From contig JAQYVO010000195.1 in assembly GCA_030145425.1 (NCBI GenBank), forward strand, positions 48,756 through 112,755: a stretch of 64,000 nt of DNA, given 5' to 3'. This DNA comes from Chromatiales bacterium (GTDB lineage Bacteria; Pseudomonadota; Gammaproteobacteria; Chromatiales; Chromatiaceae). Position 1 is the first letter of the stretch, and each line of letters begins with the position of its first letter. The position numbers and the translations under genes were made by a program. Positions 58,237 to 64,000 of this stretch are shown here, in pieces. The notes beneath the pieces are model-generated. The model saw nothing but the letters and a program-made list of their open reading frames with translations. It was not told the DNA's origin and ran no database searches.

Positions 58237-60291
58237 TCAAACCGGCTTTACCCAGACAGCAGTGTCGTGAAAGACCGCCCCGCCGCAGGGTGCAGCGGCT
58301 TCGGCACTGGTCAAAAGGTTGATGCCTTTGCCCCCGTTGAAGGCGTCTCCCGGCCAGATGCCCTCCACCACCACCACGCCCCTCCTCAGGGTATCCGACA
58401 CCAAGGCGGCCAGCGTGAGCTCCCCCTGGCTGTTACCCAGCCGCACGATATCCCCGGTTTCTATCCCGAAAGGGGTGGCATCTCCCGGATGCATGCGCAG
58501 AAACGGGGCTTTTTCCTTTTTCCGGGAGGTGGGTGTTTCGGTAAAGCTGGTATTGAGAAAAGTTCGGGCAGGCGGTGTGATGAGCCGCAAGGGGTGCTCC
58601 GCATCGGTTTCATCAATGGCCGCCCAGTGGTCGGGAAATTCAGGCATCGATGCGCCCAGGGGGCCCAGGGCCTCCCAGTCTGGACGGAAACGGAATCTGC
58701 CGTCCGGCCATTCGAACCCATCCAGAAAATTCATCTCCTCGAAGCGCTTGCTGCAGTCCAGCCACCGCTGTTCCGTCATTTCGGAGATACCGGGGTAGTC
58801 AGACACCTGTAGGGTGGCATCGATGATTTCCGTCTCGGTCATCCCGAAACCGGGGTGATCTGCATCCAGTCTTGCCGCCAGATCGCAGATGACCCGGTGG
58901 TTGGACCTGCATTCCCCAGGGGGTGAAATGACCTGACGCCCCATCTGGAGATACATCTGTCCGTAGCTCTGGTAGACATCATCGTGTTCCAGAAAACCTG
59001 TGGCGGGAAGAACGATATCCGCCATCCTGGCCGTTTCGGTCATGAACTGTTCGTGCACACAGACAAACAGATCCTCTCGTGCGAATCCTTTTCTTACCGC
59101 TCCCTGGTCGGGGGCCACCGCCATGGGATTGGTGTTCTGTATGAACATGGCCTTCACCGGCGGGCCGTCCCCGAGATCTGTCGGATCTCCGCATAAGACG
59201 GGCCCTATGCGGGACATATCCAGCATTCGCGTGCCGGTATCGGGAACATCCAATGCCTCAATCAGCGTTTTATCGAGATGAAACAGATCACTGGTAGCCA
59301 GCAGCGCACCACCCCCAGGATAGCGCCAGGCGCCCGTCACCGCGGGCAGGCAGCTGACCGCATGGAGGTTATGGGCACCGTTGCGACCGCGGGCAAATCC
59401 TATTCCCAACCGAATGAAGCTGCGCTTCGTCTGGCCGTAGAGGCGGGCAAAGTCCTCGATTTCCTGCTCAGGCACACCGGTAATTTCAGCTGCCCAGGCC
59501 GGCGAGCGGGTGGCCAGATGGGCCTGCAACTCCCGGGGACGGTCGGTATATTTATCCAGATACTCCCAATCACAGAGATCCTGTTCGAATAACCGGTGCA
59601 TCAGGGCGCAGGCCAGCGCACCGTCGGTGCCCGGTCTCGGCATAATATGAAGGTCGGCCTTTTCCGCGGTCGGGGTCCGGTAGGGATCGACCACTACCAG
59701 TTTGGCCTGGCGCGCCTTGCGTGCCTTGCTCACCAGGGTCATGACATTGACCTGGGTGGAGACGGCATTGCATCCCCAGACGACAATCAGGTCGCTGTTG
59801 ACCATCTCCCTGGGATCGGCACCGCGCATTGAGCCGACCCCCGCCTGCCAACCGCTGTAGGCGATGCTGGTACAGATGGTCTTTTCCTGGCCCGAGTAAC
59901 CCATAACGTGGCGCAAACGATTGATACCGTCGCGCTGCAGCTGACCCATGGTCCCGCCGTAGTAATAGGGCCAGACCGACTCGGCGCCATGATCCCGGGT
60001 GACTCGCCGCAGGTTATCTGCGACCTCTTCCAGGGCCTGGTCCCAACCGACCGGCTCGAATCTGCCCTCCCCCTTCGCGCCGATCCTTTTCAGCGGCTGC
60101 ATCAGCCTGTCCCTGTGATGAACGCGTTCCGCGTAGCGGGCCACCTTGGCGCAGATCACCCCCTGGGTATAATCGTTGGCCTTCGCGCCCCGAACCTTCC
60201 CGATAGTGCGGCTGTCGATGCGCTCGACCTCAAGCGCACAGGCGGACGGGCAGTCATGGGGACAGACGCTTGGGAGATAGGTTGTGCTCAT
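58237..60291 (-). CDS. Cytoplasmic molybdopterin (bis-MGD) oxidoreductase family protein, substrate unknown
   Basis: 684 aa. N-terminal CPHDCPSAC....C is a 4Fe-4S motif, and there is no Tat signal. MopB core and C-terminal beta-barrel (MHP.DA...GI..GD.V...N..G) are present. Confidence 0.8.
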   Translation of the reverse strand: MSTTYLPSVCPHDCPSACALEVERIDSRTIGKVRGAKANDYTQGVICAKVARYAERVHHRDRLMQPLKRIGAKGEGRFEPVGWDQALEEVADNLRRVTRDHGAESVWPYYYGGTMGQLQRDGINRLRHVMGYSGQEKTICTSIAYSGWQAGVGSMRGADPREMVNSDLIVVWGCNAVSTQVNVMTLVSKARKARQAKLVVVDPYRTPTAEKADLHIMPRPGTDGALACALMHRLFEQDLCDWEYLDKYTDRPRELQAHLATRSPAWAAEITGVPEQEIEDFARLYGQTKRSFIRLGIGFARGRNGAHNLHAVSCLPAVTGAWRYPGGGALLATSDLFHLDKTLIEALDVPDTGTRMLDMSRIGPVLCGDPTDLGDGPPVKAMFIQNTNPMAVAPDQGAVRKGFAREDLFVCVHEQFMTETARMADIVLPATGFLEHDDVYQSYGQMYLQMGRQVISPPGECRSNHRVICDLAARLDADHPGFGMTETEIIDATLQVSDYPGISEMTEQRWLDCSKRFEEMNFLDGFEWPDGRFRFRPDWEALGPLGASMPEFPDHWAAIDETDAEHPLRLITPPARTFLNTSFTETPTSRKKEKAPFLRMHPGDATPFGIETGDIVRLGNSQGELTLAALVSDTLRRGVVVVEGIWPGDAFNGGKGINLLTSAEAAAPCGGAVFHDTAVWVKPV

Positions 60292-60595
60292 ACCGCATCA
60301 TCTCCTGATCGGTTAGGAGTAAAACTACCGAAGATGGTGTGTCAGGAAGCCCGTGGATCTCCGGTCAGACTCAGTTTGAAGAAAAAAAGTAGTGAAAAGT
60401 GTAAATTGCTTCCTAAAGCGGCCGATTGTTTCTATGTGGATGATACCACCTGTCCGGTTTTGTACTCCCGCACTGTGAGTAAGCATATGACGAATGAATT
60501 GGGGATATTTGAATCAACCTGTACTCCTGTCGGTTTCGACCGATGGCGGGTACTGATGCCGGGGTTCGAAAAACCACTTTTCTGACAGCGACTGG

Positions 60596-62488
60596 ATGGC
60601 CATTTATCAAAAATACTTCGGATTGCGGCAACCGGTGTTTTCCATTACACCGGATCCCCACTATCTGTATCTCAGCAACCAGCACCGTGAGGCACTGGCA
60701 CATCTGCTCTACGGGGTTCAGGAGGGCGGTGGATTTGTACTCCTGACCGGTGAGGTCGGCACCGGCAAGACAACCATCTGCCGCGCGTTTCTCGAGCAGC
60801 TGCCGAAACAGGTGGATGTCGCACTGGTTCTGAATCCTGCATTGACCGCCCCGGAGCTGCTTCAGACAGTTTGCGATGAATTCGGTATCGATATCCCCGC
60901 CAACGAGATCTCTCTCAAGGTGCTCCTGAACGGGCTCAACGACTACCTGCTGCAGGCTCACGCAAAGGGAACGCGTCCCGTTTTGATGATCGACGAAGCC
61001 CAGAACCTGGCTCCCGAGGTACTGGAGCAGATCCGCATGCTCACCAACCTGGAGACCCACACCCACAAGCTGCTGCAGGTATTCCTGGTCGGACAGCCGG
61101 AGCTCCGGGAATCCCTGGAACGCAGGGAACTGCGCCAGCTGGCCCAGCGGATCACCGCGCGCTTTCACCTGCTTCCATTGTCCGCGGAAGAAACCAGAGA
61201 TTACGTTAACCACAGACTGGCGGTGGGGGGCGCGGAACGATCGCTGTTCTCAAAAAGGGCCATCAGGCAGGTATTTCGACTGACAGGTGGTATTCCCAGG
61301 CTAATCAATATTCTTTGTGATAGGGCGCTTCTTGGGGCTTTTGCCACCAGTTGCTCCGTAGTGGACCGAGAAATCGTCGCCAAGGCCTCCCGTGAGCTAA
61401 GGGGTGATCAGACAGCGCCCGGAGTTCTGCTGCCGATTATCATAGGCTCCTTGTTCCTGGTTATCGTCACGTTCACGGGGTGGGTCGCCTACCAGTTGCT
61501 TGAACACAAGACATTGCCTCCCGTGCTCGCCTTTTCGATTTCCCCGCAGATCAAGTCGATCACGAGAGAAAACCCGCCAGCACCGGTTACGCGGGGTGAA
61601 ACAGGGCAGGATGCCCCCGGCTCCCTGGTGGCCCGGGTACTGGTCGAGTCGGCGGTTGAATCAACTCCACCAGAGCCACCGGAACCTCAGCAGCCACCCC
61701 CAGAACAGAAAGTTCAGGCCGCCACCCCCGATACCCTTCTGGATGAAGCGGCTCCCAGCGGGACAGACACCGCTATTAATAATGAAATCGCCGAATTGGC
61801 CGTTTCGGATGAATCAGGGGGTGCGGCACTACCTGAGAGTACGGAATCGTCGAAACCCGGGAGCGAGGAGCTTCAACTGGCCCTGAGTTCAGTGGTGGCG
61901 GACCGTTCCACTGCCCTTACTCGCCTGCTGAATCGATGGAACCTGGATTACCCTGGGAAGGAAAACAGCGATCCGTGCGTTTTTGCCAGAACGGAAAAAT
62001 TGCGTTGTCGAAAACTGACAGGTGATTGGAACCTAATGCGCCAATACGACAGACCGGCAGTGATCAGAATAGAAGGTGACTCCGGTCCATTGGGTTTTGT
62101 GGTTATCCACAGCCTCGGCCCGGATTATGCGTTACTGGATCTGGGCGACGGCCAGTCCGCCAGCATACCCCTGCCCTGGCTGAGCAGACATTGGGCCGGT
62201 GATTTCGAAATCCTGTGGCAGCCGCCGCCGGGCGGCAGTACTCTGATCGGGAACCATTCGGCGAGACATTACATTCACTGGCTGAGGCAAACCTTGTCGC
62301 TTATACCCGGTTTCGAATCGGGAGCCCCGTCATCCGGCGAATTCGACGAGGATCTGCAGGGCGAAATTTTAAGATTCCAGAGACAGTACGGACTGGCCCT
62401 GGACGGGCTGGTCGGGCCCGAGACTTTGATAGCCCTCAATAATGCTGCGGCGCTGCCTGGCATCCCCCGCCTTTCGAAGGCGAACTGA
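60596..62488 (+). CDS. gspA: ExeA/GspA-like AAA ATPase with C-terminal peptidoglycan-binding domain
   Basis: 630 aa. Contains YFGL...PFSITPDP.YLY, Walker A GEVGTGKTT, IDEAQNL, a TM segment, a Pro/Glu-rich linker and a PG_binding_1-like LRFQRQYGLALDGLVGPETL. Confidence 0.85.
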   Translation: MAIYQKYFGLRQPVFSITPDPHYLYLSNQHREALAHLLYGVQEGGGFVLLTGEVGTGKTTICRAFLEQLPKQVDVALVLNPALTAPELLQTVCDEFGIDIPANEISLKVLLNGLNDYLLQAHAKGTRPVLMIDEAQNLAPEVLEQIRMLTNLETHTHKLLQVFLVGQPELRESLERRELRQLAQRITARFHLLPLSAEETRDYVNHRLAVGGAERSLFSKRAIRQVFRLTGGIPRLINILCDRALLGAFATSCSVVDREIVAKASRELRGDQTAPGVLLPIIIGSLFLVIVTFTGWVAYQLLEHKTLPPVLAFSISPQIKSITRENPPAPVTRGETGQDAPGSLVARVLVESAVESTPPEPPEPQQPPPEQKVQAATPDTLLDEAAPSGTDTAINNEIAELAVSDESGGAALPESTESSKPGSEELQLALSSVVADRSTALTRLLNRWNLDYPGKENSDPCVFARTEKLRCRKLTGDWNLMRQYDRPAVIRIEGDSGPLGFVVIHSLGPDYALLDLGDGQSASIPLPWLSRHWAGDFEILWQPPPGGSTLIGNHSARHYIHWLRQTLSLIPGFESGAPSSGEFDEDLQGEILRFQRQYGLALDGLVGPETLIALNNAAALPGIPRLSKAN

Positions 62489-62493
62489 CTCTT

Positions 62494-63468
62494 ATGTCTT
62501 ATATCCTCGACGCACTGAAAAAATCCGAGCAGCAGCGGGACCGCGGAAGAATCCCCACGCTGACTGATGCGGCACCTGTCAGTGCAACGGGATCCGGCAG
62601 AAAAAATCTTCCTGTCATTGGTGCTCTTCTGCTCGCCATGCTGGCAGTCCTGCTGGCTCTGTATGCGGTATTAAACGGCCATTTTATGGGATCACCCGAT
62701 CCCATGGAAAATCCCCAAGCTGCAGCTACCGGGAGTAATACGAAGCCCCCTGAAACCCCAGAGCAGAAAGAAGCAGTAAGCGCTCCGGCCACAGTTAACC
62801 TGCCGACGATCAGTGAATCCGGAAAAGCTGCGGAGGAGAGCCAGCAACCGCTTAAGACAACGCCCCCGACGAGCAGGACTGAAAAAACTGTTGTCGCTGA
62901 GGCTTCTCAGCCAGGAACCATTCCTGTCGCAGTGCCGCCTGAAGAGACGGTAACGAAAACTCCATCTGCTGCCCCATCCAATGACCGGCCCTCACTTCCA
63001 GAAATACGGAGCGAACAACCGGTCCCGATGGAATCAGTTGCGACAGAAACACCGGAGCCACCAAGTGTTGTCACACGCCCTCCCCCGCCGGAAAAAACGG
63101 TGAGTAACGATTCGGTCGCCAGACGCTCTACAACGCTTCAAACTACTCCAGAGGTAAAGGATGCTGTAGCTGCAAAGCGTTCGAGAGTCGTTACACCGAA
63201 ATCACAGCCTCCGGTAAAAAAGGTACGCAAGAAACGCCCCGGTACGGAGCATACCCTGCCTTATGATGTGTACCGTCGTCTGCCGAAGCGCAAGGTCAGC
63301 GCCCTTGCCTATTCCCAAGTTCCAGAGCGGCGTTTCGTCATAGTCAACTCAAGAAAAATGCGGGAAAAGGAGAGTACGGAACAAGGTCTGGAAGTGGTGG
63401 AAATCATGGATGACGGCGTTATCTTCAGCTTTCAGGGACATCCCTTCTTCAAACAACTGATCCCCTGA
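62494..63468 (+). CDS. gspB: GspB/ExeB-like protein
   Basis: 324 aa with MSYILDALKKSEQQR, one TM segment, a Pro/Thr/Glu-rich spacer and the conserved C-terminal module (..SALAYS....RFVIVN..). Confidence 0.75.
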   Translation: MSYILDALKKSEQQRDRGRIPTLTDAAPVSATGSGRKNLPVIGALLLAMLAVLLALYAVLNGHFMGSPDPMENPQAAATGSNTKPPETPEQKEAVSAPATVNLPTISESGKAAEESQQPLKTTPPTSRTEKTVVAEASQPGTIPVAVPPEETVTKTPSAAPSNDRPSLPEIRSEQPVPMESVATETPEPPSVVTRPPPPEKTVSNDSVARRSTTLQTTPEVKDAVAAKRSRVVTPKSQPPVKKVRKKRPGTEHTLPYDVYRRLPKRKVSALAYSQVPERRFVIVNSRKMREKESTEQGLEVVEIMDDGVIFSFQGHPFFKQLIP

Positions 63469-63515
63469 CACACCGTTTCAGCCCGATACCCGCTTTGATT
63501 TTTGATCCATCGATA

Positions 63516-64000
63516 TCAGGCAAGTTTGGAAAGTAGAACACCGGCGGCGACCGCTGAACCGATAACGCCCGCGACATTGGGTCCCATGGCGTGCATCAAC
63601 AGAAAGTTCTGTGGGTCTTCTTCCAGCCCGAGCTTGTGCACCACCCTGGCGGCCATGGGTACGGCCGAGACCCCTGCGGCCCCGATCATGGGATTGATGG
63701 GTTCGCGGCTCAACCAGTTCATTAACTTCCCGAACAACACGCCGGCTGCGGTGGCAACGGCGAAGGCCAGAATACCGAGTACGAAAATTTTGATGGTATC
63801 CAGGGTCAGAAAGTTGGCGGCCGAGGTTTTGGCGCCGACGGTTACGCCCAGCAGGATGGTCACGATGTCGATCAGTGCGCCCTGTGCGGTCTTGGCCAGG
63901 CGTTTCGTGACCAGTGATTCACGAAGCAGATTACCGAAAAAAAGCATGCCCAGCAGTGGGATGCCGCCGGGGCAGAGAAAAGCCGTCAAAAGGAAACCGA
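63516..64000 (-). CDS. oadB: Na+-translocating decarboxylase beta subunit (OadB-type), 3' part; N-terminus beyond the window
   Basis: The reading frame is open to the window edge. Contains [24 protein letters not shown] and [22 protein letters not shown]. Confidence 0.8.
   Translation of the reverse strand, partial: GFLLTAFLCPGGIPLLGMLFFGNLLRESLVTKRLAKTAQGALIDIVTILLGVTVGAKTSAANFLTLDTIKIFVLGILAFAVATAAGVLFGKLMNWLSREPINPMIGAAGVSAVPMAARVVHKLGLEEDPQNFLLMHAMGPNVAGVIGSAVAAGVLLSKLA

Noticed and set aside
60292-60430. Molybdenum-cofactor riboswitch upstream of the molybdopterin oxidoreductase
   Set aside because: I could not match the leader to the conserved Moco-motif elements from memory. This remains unverified without a covariance-model search.
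60413-61213. 266-aa minus-strand ORF
   Set aside because: Antisense to gspA, which has a Walker A motif and an ExeA-type N-terminus on the + strand.

Overview
This 64-kb chromosomal segment is moderately GC-rich by eye and looks gammaproteobacterial. That call rests on conserved gene order: thrS-infC-rpmI-rplT-pheS-pheT-ihfA-MerR-tRNA-Pro; yceD-rpmF-plsX-fabH-fabG-acpP-fabF-pabC-mltG-tmk-holB-pilZ-tatD; and ftsK-lolA-rarA-(crcB-DUF190)-serS. Four metabolic or signalling modules sit within this housekeeping backbone. (1) frdA (fumarate reductase flavoprotein, truncated at the left edge) is divergently paired with an RquA-like methyltransferase. (2) A GGDEF / REC-TPR / sensor-less histidine kinase operon. 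(3) A C4/C5-dicarboxyl-CoA island. It holds what I recognise as the Chloroflexus-type glyoxylate-assimilation genes of the 3-hydroxypropionate bi-cycle (mch, then mcl-mct-meh), two proteobacterial CitE-type paralogs (Mcl1-like lyase, Mcl2-like thioesterase), an AMP-forming acyl-CoA synthetase and a 650-aa class I CoA-transferase. (4) A Hyn-type [NiFe] hydrogenase operon (HupH-like, hynS, isp1, isp2, hynL) followed 14 bp later by a 469-aa ORF I cannot assign to any family. The right end carries a cytoplasmic molybdopterin oxidoreductase, gspA/gspB and a partial oadB. Non-coding content includes tRNA-Ser(UGA), tRNA-Pro(GGG), several intrinsic terminators and two GTAG...CTAC hairpin (REP/REPIN-like) elements. 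There is also a 22-nt sequence repeated exactly at two operon-internal spacers, a hairpin-dense stretch next to tRNA-Ser, a structured 222-bp pheS-pheT spacer and a thrS leader hairpin with a CGU loop. I saw no CRISPR array, intact transposase, integrase or obvious defence system. All protein calls come from reading the translations and recalling families; no searches were run. Many long ORFs in the track are antisense shadows of real genes.
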